Source of the DNA: Candidatus Polarisedimenticolaceae bacterium
GTDB lineage: Bacteria; Pseudomonadota; Gammaproteobacteria; Chromatiales; Chromatiaceae
Reading direction: 5' to 3'
DNA: 64,000 bases
NCBI GenBank assembly: GCA_021647945.1
Contig: JAKITT010000008.1
Span: 569 to 64,568 of the forward strand
Shown here: in pieces, positions 47,290 to 56,695 of the stretch
How positions within the stretch are numbered: the first letter of the stretch is position 1
Layout of the letters: each line of letters starts with the position of its first letter
Made by a program: the position numbers and the translations under genes
The notes under the pieces: model-generated
Seen by the model: only the letters and a program-made list of their open reading frames with translations
Database searches by the model: none
Told to the model about the DNA's origin: nothing

Positions 47290-48585
47290 ATGGCAGCAAA
47301 AACCTTCACACTTACGGATAACAGTAATAACAGATCAATGGAGTTGCCCGTCCGGCAGGGTACCCAGGGGCCGCCGACCATTGAGATTGCCAGCCTTTAT
47401 AAAGAGATGGGTGTCTTTACCTATGATCCTGGTTTCCTTGGAACCGGCAGCTGCAACAGTGCTATTACCTATATAGATGGTGAGGAGGGTATCCTTCAGT
47501 ACCGTGGTTACCCGATTGAGCAGCTGGCCGAGAAGAGCTCGTTTCTCGAAGTGGCCTATCTGCTGCTTTATGGTGAGTTACCGGCGGCTACTGAGCTGGC
47601 AACATTTGAGAATATGATCATTCATCACACTATGATCAATGAGAACCTGAAGAACCTCTATAACGGTTTTCATTATGATGCCCATCCAATGGCGATCATG
47701 ACCGGTGTGGTTGGCTCTCTGTCGGCGTTCTATCACGATTCACTTGATATCCATAACCCGCGGCACCGTGAGATCTCTGCGCATCGGCTGATTGCTAAAA
47801 TGCCTACCATTGCTGCGGCTAGCTACAAGCACAGTAAATGTGAACCGTTTATCTACCCCAGAAACGATATGGGGTTTTGTGCCAACTTTCTGCACATGAT
47901 GTTCGCCTCACCCTGCGAAGAGTATGTGCCAGACCCCGTGGCGGTTAAGGCCATTGAAGTGCTCTTTATACTGCATGCTGATCATGAACAGAATGCCAGC
48001 ACCTCTACCGTGCGTTTGGCAGGTAGCTCGCAAGCTAACCCATTTGCCTGTATCGCCGCCGGTATCGCCTCTCTTTGGGGGCCAGCGCATGGTGGTGCCA
48101 ATGAGGCGGTACTTAACATGTTGGAAGAGATCGGTGATGTTTCACAGGTTGAGAAGTATGTTCTCAAAGCGAAAGATAAAGATGACCCTTTTCGTCTGAT
48201 GGGTTTTGGCCATCGGGTCTACAAAAATTATGACCCGCGTGCCCGTATTATCCGCAAGGTGTGCCATGAAGTATTAGCAAGTACCGGTCATGCCGATAGC
48301 CCCTTGATGGAGTTGGCGGTCAAATTGGAAGAGATTGCACTGAAGGATGACTACTTTATCGAGCGTAAACTCTACCCTAATGTCGATTTCTACTCCGGCA
48401 TCATCTATCGGGCGCTTGGTATCCCTAATAATATGTTCACGGTGATGTTTGCCATCGCCCGTTCGGTGGGTTGGACCGCACATTGGATGGAGATGATTGC
48501 TGACCCAAGCCAGCGTATCGGTCGGCCACGCCAAGTCTATGATGGCGCACCAAAGCGGGATTATGTTCCTGTAGATAAACGATAA
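47290..48585 (+). CDS. gltA: Citrate synthase (type II)
   Basis: [24 protein letters not shown] and PNVDFYSG motifs, 431 aa. Confidence 0.95.
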   Translation: MAAKTFTLTDNSNNRSMELPVRQGTQGPPTIEIASLYKEMGVFTYDPGFLGTGSCNSAITYIDGEEGILQYRGYPIEQLAEKSSFLEVAYLLLYGELPAATELATFENMIIHHTMINENLKNLYNGFHYDAHPMAIMTGVVGSLSAFYHDSLDIHNPRHREISAHRLIAKMPTIAAASYKHSKCEPFIYPRNDMGFCANFLHMMFASPCEEYVPDPVAVKAIEVLFILHADHEQNASTSTVRLAGSSQANPFACIAAGIASLWGPAHGGANEAVLNMLEEIGDVSQVEKYVLKAKDKDDPFRLMGFGHRVYKNYDPRARIIRKVCHEVLASTGHADSPLMELAVKLEEIALKDDYFIERKLYPNVDFYSGIIYRALGIPNNMFTVMFAIARSVGWTAHWMEMIADPSQRIGRPRQVYDGAPKRDYVPVDKR

Positions 48586-48663
48586 TTAAGTCGGGGTTTT
48601 GCTGTTAGTCTTGGCGGTATGCAGCGTCATACCAGCCTCTTTCTGAGCTGTAAATCACAATAA

Positions 48664-48694
48664 AGCCGGTGAGTTTTACTCTCACTGGCTTTTT
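48664..48694 (+). terminator. Rho-independent terminator after gltA
   Basis: AGCCGGTGAG-TTTTA-CTCACTGGCT (one G-U pair) followed by TTTT. Confidence 0.75.
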
Positions 48695-48737
48695 AAATGG
48701 GTGATTAGGTACAAAGCTCAGTCATTCAGATGATTCA

Positions 48738-48857
48738 CTGTAGGAGCGGCGCCTCGCCGCGATGCCTACATGGATGTAGGTAAGGAGCGTGAGCAGGATG
48801 CGGAAGCTTTGAATCCCGCTGCCAAGCCCAATCGCGGCGAGGGTGCCGCTCCTACAG
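48738..48857. repeat. Palindromic REP/MITE-like element (about 120 bp)
   Basis: CTGTAGGAGCGGCGCCTCGCCGCGAT ... ATCGCGGCGAGGGTGCCGCTCCTACAG. The ends are inverted repeats of about 26 nt with a few mismatches. Confidence 0.7.
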
Positions 48858-48932
48858 GCTCTTTACATAGACATGCTAATCACCATTAATTATGGGTTTA
48901 AGCTGCTCATCCATGAATTAATAGAGGTGCCC

Positions 48933-49652
48933 TTATTTTGAATGTGCTGCTGCGAGTCTAAATGTCTTGCCTTTGTAGTGAATATGCCCGGCTTCATCTA
49001 AGCGGCGTAGGCTGCGGCTGACCGTTTCAGGTGTGAGCCCTAGATAGTTGGCAATATCCTCTTTGATCATCGGCAGGGTAAGTTCATCGCATGCGGTCTG
49101 TTGCCGTTCCAGTAATCGTTCGGATAGGTCACCGAGAAAATCCAATATCCGTTGATCAGCCGTTCGGCCCCGGACATTTATAAGATTCAGATGAGTGCGT
49201 GCGTGTCGTCCAATCAGCTTGAAGAGGTCATTCAGGGTCTTTGGATGCTGTTGGCAGAGACTGTTGAGTGATGAGATGGAGAGTTCACAGAGCCAGGTGC
49301 GCTCAATCGCATAGGCATCGTAGACATGGTGTGTTTCGCCTAAAGCCTCAATGCCAAATATCTCTCCACGTAAGTGGAAGCCCGTTGTCTGAATGTAACC
49401 TTCATAGGTAATGGTTTCTGTCTTAACGCTTCCAGAGGTGACGGCATAGATTGCATTGAGAGGCTCGCCGCTCTTGTAGACGCGATCACCCGGAAGGAAT
49501 GGTCCGCGACATTTGATGGCGTTGGTTATTTCAGATGATTGCTTATCGATATCGGAGGTTTTTAGTAGCAGTTTCTTGATATCACAGATGCTACAGGTGT
49601 GTTTTACATTAACGTGGTGAAGATTTGAGACGGAGGTTAATGGTGTACCCAT
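48933..49652 (-). CDS. Crp/Fnr-family transcription regulator, FNR-like
   Basis: Cys20-x2-Cys23 and Cys122 at E. coli FNR numbering, a cNMP-like beta-roll, and the FNR-type recognition helix ETVSRSLRRL. Confidence 0.85.
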   Translation of the reverse strand: MGTPLTSVSNLHHVNVKHTCSICDIKKLLLKTSDIDKQSSEITNAIKCRGPFLPGDRVYKSGEPLNAIYAVTSGSVKTETITYEGYIQTTGFHLRGEIFGIEALGETHHVYDAYAIERTWLCELSISSLNSLCQQHPKTLNDLFKLIGRHARTHLNLINVRGRTADQRILDFLGDLSERLLERQQTACDELTLPMIKEDIANYLGLTPETVSRSLRRLDEAGHIHYKGKTFRLAAAHSK

Positions 49653-49946
49653 AAATTTAAAGACCTATTGCCTGCATGTTGTATGAAATGCGCCAAAGCA
49701 GGAAGTAATGTCCTTATGTTATGCATGTGAATCAGCTGCTTATACTCAATTAGGCGATTCTATAGTGCTTCTTCTTGATGTGCAATTTATATAGCCGTTC
49801 CTGATTACCCGCCAATCTCAGCCATTGAAAAGCTAAATTGTGTGCTAAGGGCCACTATAAACACGAATATGTGCATGAAACTCCACTCCTTGGTAAGGTG
49901 AAAGATCAAAATTCTTGCTTATACTATTACGGGTTATTTGCTTTAA

Positions 49947-50076
49947 GGGGTATCCACTCCATTGGCCTAATAGGGCTGTAGGTGCACATTCATGTGCATG
50001 TTTGGCTGGTCGCATAAATGCGACCCTACACGAGCATAAGGTGTCTGGAGTGGAAAAAGGCCAATGAAGTGAAACG
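49947..50076. mobile_element. MITE-like element, copy 2 (inverted relative to copy 1, one degenerate end)
   Basis: GGGGTATCCACTCCATTGGCCTAATAGGGCTGTAGGTGCACATTCATGTGCA... matches the reverse complement of 16059-16203. The far end (CCAATGAAGTGAAACG) has lost the terminal repeat. Confidence 0.65.
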
Positions 50077-50097
50077 TAATCCTGGGATATAGGTCAA

Positions 50098-50130
50098 GCC
50101 CCCGGATTCCACTCTGTTTCATCCAGGCTA
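50098..50130. repeat. REP-like unit
   Basis: GCCCCCGGATTCCACTCTGTTTCATCCAGGCTA is the reverse-complement relative of 58012-58043 (TAGCCTGGATG...AATCCGGGGG). Confidence 0.55.
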
Positions 50131-50286
50131 TTTGCTGACCCAAACTGCTGCTCACTGCCTTTTCCTCCCTCTTTTAAATTACTCTTAAACATACAAGGCA
50201 TTAGGAGGGCGCTCTCAATCAAAAGGTGCGGCCATATTGCCTAGTATCCTTGATGCCAAATCAGGATTAGGCACGCAAAAAAAGAG

Positions 50287-51123
50287 ATGACACAAAAGTT
50301 CACAAGTGCAGATGCCTTTTATTCTGGATTATCAAAGATAATAGATCGATATTTTCAGACTGAAGATGGAGCATTGGGTGTGCGTATAGCAATATTGGAA
50401 GATGATACAGCTCAGGTTGAACTGCTCGAATTATGGTTTGGTTCAGCAGGCCACAAATGCCACGCCTATACGATAGGCAGCGCCTTCCAGGATGCGCTTC
50501 GAAAAGAGACTTATGATCTGCTGATAATCGATTGGAATCTGCCGGATACTACAGGGCTTGAAGTGTTGGGATGGATCCGCCATAACCTGGACTGGCATAT
50601 CCCTGTGCTCTTCACCACTAGTCGTGACTGGGAAGAGGATCTCGTCTTTGCGCTTGATCGCGGAGCAGATGATTACATGATCAAACCCATCAAACGGGCC
50701 GAGACCTTGGCACGCGTGGCAGCACTGGCGCGCCGGTCACTGCCCGGTAATGAAGCAGAGAAGTGGTTTCGGAGTAAACCCTATGCATTTGATATTGCCA
50801 ACCGTTCTGTCCATGTGGATGGTCAGGCCATTGAGCTGACCCACAAAGAGTTTGCTCTTGGACTGTTGTTATTTCGAAATGCTGGCCGCTTGCTGTCGCG
50901 CAGTTACCTGTTGGAGACTGTGTGGGGCACCAGTGGGGATCTGAATACCCGCACGGTAGATACCCATATCAGCCGGGTGCGGCGTAAGCTGGCCATTCAC
51001 CCCGATAAAGGCTGGCGGCTCAATGCCATCTATCATCATGGTTACCGCTTAGAGAATTTATTACCATCTGGATCCGCTGATTCCGGGTTAGAGGGAGAGG
51101 ACCTGGAAGGTGCAGAAATATAA
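50287..51123 (+). CDS. OmpR/PhoB-family response regulator with an N-terminal extension of about 30 aa
   Basis: Receiver (ILEDD...LLIIDWNLPD...KP) plus winged helix (LTHKEFALGLLLF...VDTHISRVRRKL). Confidence 0.85.
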   Translation: MTQKFTSADAFYSGLSKIIDRYFQTEDGALGVRIAILEDDTAQVELLELWFGSAGHKCHAYTIGSAFQDALRKETYDLLIIDWNLPDTTGLEVLGWIRHNLDWHIPVLFTTSRDWEEDLVFALDRGADDYMIKPIKRAETLARVAALARRSLPGNEAEKWFRSKPYAFDIANRSVHVDGQAIELTHKEFALGLLLFRNAGRLLSRSYLLETVWGTSGDLNTRTVDTHISRVRRKLAIHPDKGWRLNAIYHHGYRLENLLPSGSADSGLEGEDLEGAEI

Positions 51124-52798
51124 CAGGACGTGCGAACGCCTTCATGAAAAAGAGGCGACCTCCATACACGGGCGGCGAGGGCAGTGGTTTGCTGTTTGCG
51201 TGGGACTGTTGCTGCTGTTCATCGCCTTGCCGATTGTGGCTCAAGAGTGGGTCTATACTGTGCGGCCTGGGGACAACATCTGGAATTTGACCAAGAAATA
51301 CTGCACCAGTGTGCGCTACTGGAAAAAGGTAGAGCGACACAACAAACTTAAACCCGATCAATATATTCCACCTGGAACCAAGCTGCGTTTTCCCCTGGCC
51401 TGGCTCAAACACCAACCGGCATCCGCTCAGGTCACCCAGCTAACGGGTAAGGCAGAGGTGATGCGTGTGCAAAGTGGCATCAAGGTGGCCTTGACTCTGG
51501 ATACAGAGCTCAATAGCGGCGATCTGATTCGTACCGCTCCGGATGGCAGCCTTACGCTTCGCTTTGCAGATGGCTCTGAGCTATTGGTACAAGGGGGGAG
51601 CGAACTCAAATTGGATCACCTCAGCGCCTATGGCAGCACAGGTATGGTGGATACCCGTGTGCGCCTGGAGAGAGGGCGTGTGGATACCAAAGTCAAACCG
51701 AGCAAAGGTTTTGGCAGCCGCTACCATATCATCACGCCAGCGGCTGTAGCGGCAGTACGTGGCACCCTGTTTCGAGTCAGTGCAGACAACAATGGGTCGG
51801 CAATTACCCGTAGCGAGGTGCTCGAAGGTGAGGTGAAGGTAAGTGGCGCCAGTGAAAGCCAACTGGTGCCCGCTGGTTTTGGTATTGTTGCTGAGGCGGG
51901 AAAACCGCCAGCACCACCAAAGAAACTATTGCCTGCACCTCAGTTGTCGAGGTTACAGACCCATTTCGACACGCTACCACTGCAGTTCACTTGGCTGGCA
52001 TTGCCGGGTGCCCAGAACTATCGTCTCCAGATCGCCCCCGATGAACAATTTAACCGCCTGCTGGCGGATGCTGTGGTATCAGCACCCACAGGCCATTTGA
52101 CCGATCTGCCTGATGGGGATTACCGGCTGCGAGTCCGTGGTATCGACAGCAGCGGTCTGGAAGGGTATAACACCGTGCGAGCCTTTGTCGTCGATGCCAA
52201 GCCTGAACCGCCACAGCTGGTGGGGCTGGTGGATGACCACCTGATGCGAGAGCCTCAACCCGAGTTCCATTGGTTCCAGCCTGAAGCCGCGGAAGGCTAT
52301 CACTTCCAGCTAGCACGAGATAAGAATTTCCAAGAATTGGTAATGGAGCGGGAACAACAACAGGAGAATAGCCTGCAGTTGGAAACACCCTTGCCTCCCG
52401 GTTTTTTTTACTGGCGTATTGCGGCATGGGATGCACAGGGGCGGGGGCCGTTCAGTGATCCACAACGTTTTGAGTACCGGCCCAAGCCCCACCCTCCGGA
52501 GCTGCTGGCCACAGTGCTGGGTGAGGAGCGGTTGTTGTTCCGTTGGAAGTCAGCAGGTGACGATATGCGCTACCAGTTCCAGCTGGCCACCGATCAGAAT
52601 TTCAAACAGATTGTCACTGAGAAGAGCGTAGAGAGCACGCAGCTTACGATTTTCCGTCCAGTCGCCCGGCACTACTACTTCCGTCTCCGCACGCTGGAAC
52701 GGGATGGCGATGCAAGCCCTTATGGTCGTGTGCATGAGATTGATGTTCCGGTTGATAACTACTGGTCGTTACTCGTGCTTCTGTTGCTCTTTCTTTAA
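51110..52798 (+). CDS. LysM plus FecR-domain periplasmic protein with C-terminal repeated beta-rich modules
   Basis: LysM (YTVRPGDNIWNLTKKY...), a FecR-like segment (GDLIRTAPDGSLTLRFADGSELLV...), then repeated F(Q/H)W..(A/P)....Y.(L/F)Q(I/L)A modules. GTG start overlaps the response-regulator stop. Confidence 0.7.
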   Translation: MQKYNRTCERLHEKEATSIHGRRGQWFAVCVGLLLLFIALPIVAQEWVYTVRPGDNIWNLTKKYCTSVRYWKKVERHNKLKPDQYIPPGTKLRFPLAWLKHQPASAQVTQLTGKAEVMRVQSGIKVALTLDTELNSGDLIRTAPDGSLTLRFADGSELLVQGGSELKLDHLSAYGSTGMVDTRVRLERGRVDTKVKPSKGFGSRYHIITPAAVAAVRGTLFRVSADNNGSAITRSEVLEGEVKVSGASESQLVPAGFGIVAEAGKPPAPPKKLLPAPQLSRLQTHFDTLPLQFTWLALPGAQNYRLQIAPDEQFNRLLADAVVSAPTGHLTDLPDGDYRLRVRGIDSSGLEGYNTVRAFVVDAKPEPPQLVGLVDDHLMREPQPEFHWFQPEAAEGYHFQLARDKNFQELVMEREQQQENSLQLETPLPPGFFYWRIAAWDAQGRGPFSDPQRFEYRPKPHPPELLATVLGEERLLFRWKSAGDDMRYQFQLATDQNFKQIVTEKSVESTQLTIFRPVARHYYFRLRTLERDGDASPYGRVHEIDVPVDNYWSLLVLLLLFL

Positions 52799-52800
52799 CG

Positions 52801-55449
52801 ATGCTACGATCCAGCCGTCGCCTTGCCCTGCCGGATTGTCTCATTCTGGCACTGCTGCTGGTTGGTCTCTCCCTTCTCCTGATCTCTCAGGGGTGGTTGT
52901 GGCGCTGGGATGGGCTGCTCTATGACGCCCAACTGCAACGCTGGTCCCGGCCTGCAGCCGACGATGTCATCATCATCGCCATCGATGAAGCCAGCCTGAG
53001 CCAATTCGGACGCTGGCCCTGGCCTCGGCGTCTGCATGCCCAGCTGCTTGAGCGACTCAATAACGAACATCCTCGTGCCATTGCCTTCGATATCATCTTC
53101 TCTGAGGCGGATCATCAGGATCCGGCGGGGGATCTCACCTTTGCCAATGAGATAAAAAAAAGCGGCAATGTGGTGCTGCCTATACTCATGGAGCGGCAGC
53201 ATCAGGGTGGGCCGCTAATCGAAACCCTGCCGCTACCCATGCTGGCCGACGTCGCAGCTGCTCTTGGGCATGTGCATGTTGAACTCGATCCGGATGGTAT
53301 CGTGCGCAGCCTCTATCTACGTGAGGGGTTGGGGGAGCCTTACTGGCCACACCTCACTCTTGCACTGCTGAGTCTCACGGGTGAGATGCAGAGCGAATTT
53401 TCAGTGCCTGAGAGCACTGCCCTGGCGGGTGGGCCATATGTATGGCACCGGGCCTACCCTCTGCTGATTCCATTTGCCGGTCCTCCAGGGCATTTTCAGC
53501 AGATCTCATATGCCCAGGTGATGCAGGGGGCTTATGAGAAAGGGCGCTTCCGCGATAAGTACATCCTGATAGGCATCACCGCCGCTGGCCTAGGTGATGC
53601 CCTGCCAACACCGGTCTCAGGTTTTAGCCACGCTATGGCTGGGGTGGAGATCAATGCAAATATCCTGCATGCCCTGCGTCAGGAGATCCACATCAGGCCG
53701 CTGGCTACATCTTGGCAACTGCTGTTGACGGCTATTATTGCGCTGCTGCCCATGTTGATCTTTCCCCGCTTTGCACCCCGGACCAATCTGCTCGTCGTGG
53801 CATTGCTACAAGCGGCGACATTGGCTCTCTGTGCACTCTTGCTCATGGTGTTTCAGCGATGGTTTCCACCCACGGCCGCCTTGATCACATTGGCACTGAG
53901 CTACCCCCTGTGGAGCTGGCGACGCCTGGAACAAGCGATACGTTATCTGAACCTGGCGTTGGATCAACTGCATGCCCAGCAGGTGGAACTCGCTATTCAT
54001 CAGCAGCCTGAGCTGGTGGGTTCCTTGGATTTTGTCTGCCAGATCCTGCCGATAGAGGGGTGGTCTCTGAGTAATGCCGAGGGTAGACGGCTGGTTGGCT
54101 CCCTCTGCCACCACGCACGGCAAGTGAGCGGCCTGCAATCAGGTCAATGGCTGCGGGATGGGGAATTTCTCTACGCACCTCAGCACTATGAGGGAGAGAG
54201 CGTACAACTTACCTTGTGTTGGCGTGAGGAGCGGGAGCCGGATCCTGAGGAGCAAAGGATATTAGACGAACTGCTGCGTATATCGGTGGGTGAAACGGAG
54301 GAGGCAGCAGAGGAGCATGGAGATATTCTGCAGAAGCGTATTCAGCAGATCCAACTGGCCACCACCCGTCTGCAAGAGCTGCGTCGATTCGTCGATGACA
54401 GTCTCGCCAACATGGCGGATGGGGTATTGGTGACCGATGCCCTGGGGCAGGTGTTGCTCTCCAATGCCCGAGCAGAGTCCTACCTCGGCCAAGAGAGGAA
54501 GTGCTCGCTCAAGGGGGAGTCTCTGCACAGGTTGTTAGAGGAGCTCAAGCCGCAAGGCCCCTTGGAGTGGCCATCCCTGCTGCACAAGGCGGTGTTACAG
54601 CAGGAACAGATTCAGTGCGAGGCACGATATGAGAATGGACGCGATCTGCTGGTACAGATAACCTCTCTCTCAGAACAGCACAGCACCCACGCCACAGGCC
54701 TGATTGTCACCTTCTCTGATATCAGCCAGCTAAAGGCCTGTGAGCGCAAGCGCAACGAGTTGCTCAACTTCCTATCCCATGACCTGCGCTCCCCATTGGT
54801 ATCCCTGCTGGCACTTCTGGAACTTGCCCGTGGTAAGGAGGCCTCAGGGCAAGTTCACGCACTGCTGGGACGCATGCAGGGTTATACAGAAGAGACCCTT
54901 AGGTTTGCTGAACAGTTCCTGCAGTTGGCGCGTGCAGAAAGTGCAGAAGAGCTCCCCTTCCAAGAGCTGGATTTTACCAGTGTTGCCTTGAACGCGCTGG
55001 AACAGGTCTGGGGGCAAGCCCAGGCGAAAGAGATGCGTCTGAGCCAGCAACTGGAGCTGGATGAGGTGTGGATAAGAGGGGAAGGTAGTCTGCTGGAGCG
55101 CGCACTGGTTAATCTTCTGGGCAATGCCATCAAATACAGTGAACCTGGGCGAGAGGTTCAGTTACATCTCTACGCCCATGCCGGCGAGTTGTATTGTTGT
55201 GTAAAAGATCAGGGCTTCGGTATTGCCGCCGAGGATATCCCCCGACTGTTTGACCGTTTTCAGCGGCTACGCTCAAAGGATGGAGGCAAAGCACGGGGTA
55301 TCGGGTTGGGTCTGGCCTTTGTGAAAGCGACCGCCCTTCGCCATGGAGGGCGTATTGAGGTTGATAGTAAAGAGGGGGAGGGTTCTCAATTCTCTCTCAT
55401 CCTTCCCTTGCATGAAGAGAGCGGTTTTGTTGCAAACCACACCCTATAG
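52801..55449 (+). CDS. CHASE2-domain sensor histidine kinase
   Basis: N-terminal CHASE2 (IIAIDEASL...GRWPWPR), TM helices, HisKA H-box (FLSHDLRSPL) and HATPase (GIGLGLAFV). Confidence 0.85.
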   Translation: MLRSSRRLALPDCLILALLLVGLSLLLISQGWLWRWDGLLYDAQLQRWSRPAADDVIIIAIDEASLSQFGRWPWPRRLHAQLLERLNNEHPRAIAFDIIFSEADHQDPAGDLTFANEIKKSGNVVLPILMERQHQGGPLIETLPLPMLADVAAALGHVHVELDPDGIVRSLYLREGLGEPYWPHLTLALLSLTGEMQSEFSVPESTALAGGPYVWHRAYPLLIPFAGPPGHFQQISYAQVMQGAYEKGRFRDKYILIGITAAGLGDALPTPVSGFSHAMAGVEINANILHALRQEIHIRPLATSWQLLLTAIIALLPMLIFPRFAPRTNLLVVALLQAATLALCALLLMVFQRWFPPTAALITLALSYPLWSWRRLEQAIRYLNLALDQLHAQQVELAIHQQPELVGSLDFVCQILPIEGWSLSNAEGRRLVGSLCHHARQVSGLQSGQWLRDGEFLYAPQHYEGESVQLTLCWREEREPDPEEQRILDELLRISVGETEEAAEEHGDILQKRIQQIQLATTRLQELRRFVDDSLANMADGVLVTDALGQVLLSNARAESYLGQERKCSLKGESLHRLLEELKPQGPLEWPSLLHKAVLQQEQIQCEARYENGRDLLVQITSLSEQHSTHATGLIVTFSDISQLKACERKRNELLNFLSHDLRSPLVSLLALLELARGKEASGQVHALLGRMQGYTEETLRFAEQFLQLARAESAEELPFQELDFTSVALNALEQVWGQAQAKEMRLSQQLELDEVWIRGEGSLLERALVNLLGNAIKYSEPGREVQLHLYAHAGELYCCVKDQGFGIAAEDIPRLFDRFQRLRSKDGGKARGIGLGLAFVKATALRHGGRIEVDSKEGEGSQFSLILPLHEESGFVANHTL

Positions 55450-55680
55450 CTGAGCCTGTGTTAAACATCTTGGATTCAACTCGTTAGTACAGCAGGCGGA
55501 TATCACATGGGTTATTTTGTGAACAATTGTAACGTTAAGATTTTTGATATTGTTTGCTGTTTTCATCGTGGTTATAGTTCATCTCAGCAACAAAATATTC
55601 GGTAACAATAATAGCCCATAATGGAGAAAAATCGTGTTCAATGGATTTAAAAAAAATTGCCTTAAGGGCAATCTGGTCAT

Positions 55681-56094
55681 ATGGCCGCAGGCATCATCAT
55701 CGGTGCTCTGTTCAGCAAGATCTTGCAGCTTATTTATGGAAGATGTGCTGATGCCGTTCATCGAATACTAACGATGTACTGCCATAAATGTTGGAAGTAT
55801 TTGGGGTTGTGCAAATGTAGCAACAAAGCGCAAGAGGCCGCTACATCTGCAGTTGAGCGTACTGTTTTGCTGCATTGTACGCCAGAGCTGCCAGGGGTTG
55901 AGGGACGGGAGTGTTGTGTGGAGCTAATCAATACTGGCGAATGGTGCATAGCGAAATACAGCGAAGTTACCAAGTGCTGGATGCTCGCACACGGTGCACC
56001 AGTAGATGAAGTTCGACCATTCCAAGTAGAGCAATGGTTCTACTTGGACGAAGTGGCTTACAGCCTACCGCATAGATGCTCCCAGTCAGTCTAA
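55681..56094 (+). CDS. Hypothetical Cys-rich small protein (orphan ORF in an AT-rich islet)
   Basis: ORF only. MYCHKCWKYLGLCKC may be the true N-terminus. No recognisable motif. Confidence 0.3.
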   Translation: MAAGIIIGALFSKILQLIYGRCADAVHRILTMYCHKCWKYLGLCKCSNKAQEAATSAVERTVLLHCTPELPGVEGRECCVELINTGEWCIAKYSEVTKCWMLAHGAPVDEVRPFQVEQWFYLDEVAYSLPHRCSQSV

Positions 56095-56130
56095 TGAGTA
56101 GAGGAAGCCTCAACAGAGTCAATCTGTGGG

Positions 56131-56664
56131 GTGCTCCACCCACTACACTTCGTGGCATTAAAGAGAATTCACATTGAAAGAGACACAAAGCTAGTGGGTA
56201 CACATCTGAAGCGGGAACAGGCGATGTGCCAGCAGTTTATAATAATCGCCAATATGGGGGCGTTTACTCCAGACGCTCTTTTCCCAAAAAGAGAGGGATG
56301 GCTTGATGAAAAGCCGGTAACGGTAGAGTTGATCGGCCAGGATGCAACTTCACGTCAATACTCATTTCGTCTTATGTATGATGACAAAATATTCGAGTTC
56401 CGTGTGCTGCCTGGAACTAAAATTAGTACAGGCACGCTATGCTGCACTAAGGCAATAGTGTTAACAAGCGGCTCTGTCCATCAAGAGCATTATCACACGG
56501 CAGCAGACAAGGTGTTGGCATCCATTCTAACCATCTTTTACCATATGCAAGTTAGATGTTCTCCTGCCTTTCACAAAGTCGATGACCGCGAACGGTCACT
56601 TTCAAATGTTACTTGTGCAGGCAAGCTAAATTTCTTCACAGCTCGACGTACTGCAACAACATAA
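56131..56664 (+). CDS. Hypothetical protein (orphan ORF in an AT-rich islet)
   Basis: ORF only, with no recognisable motif. Confidence 0.3.
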   Translation: MLHPLHFVALKRIHIERDTKLVGTHLKREQAMCQQFIIIANMGAFTPDALFPKREGWLDEKPVTVELIGQDATSRQYSFRLMYDDKIFEFRVLPGTKISTGTLCCTKAIVLTSGSVHQEHYHTAADKVLASILTIFYHMQVRCSPAFHKVDDRERSLSNVTCAGKLNFFTARRTATT

Positions 56665-56695
56665 ACAAAGAAGAAAAGGTAGATGGCAACGCCTC

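Noticed and set aside
49967-50155. 62-aa minus-strand ORF
   Set aside because: It lies within MITE copy 2 and the adjacent REP unit. The equivalent sequence at 16059-16203 is non-coding.
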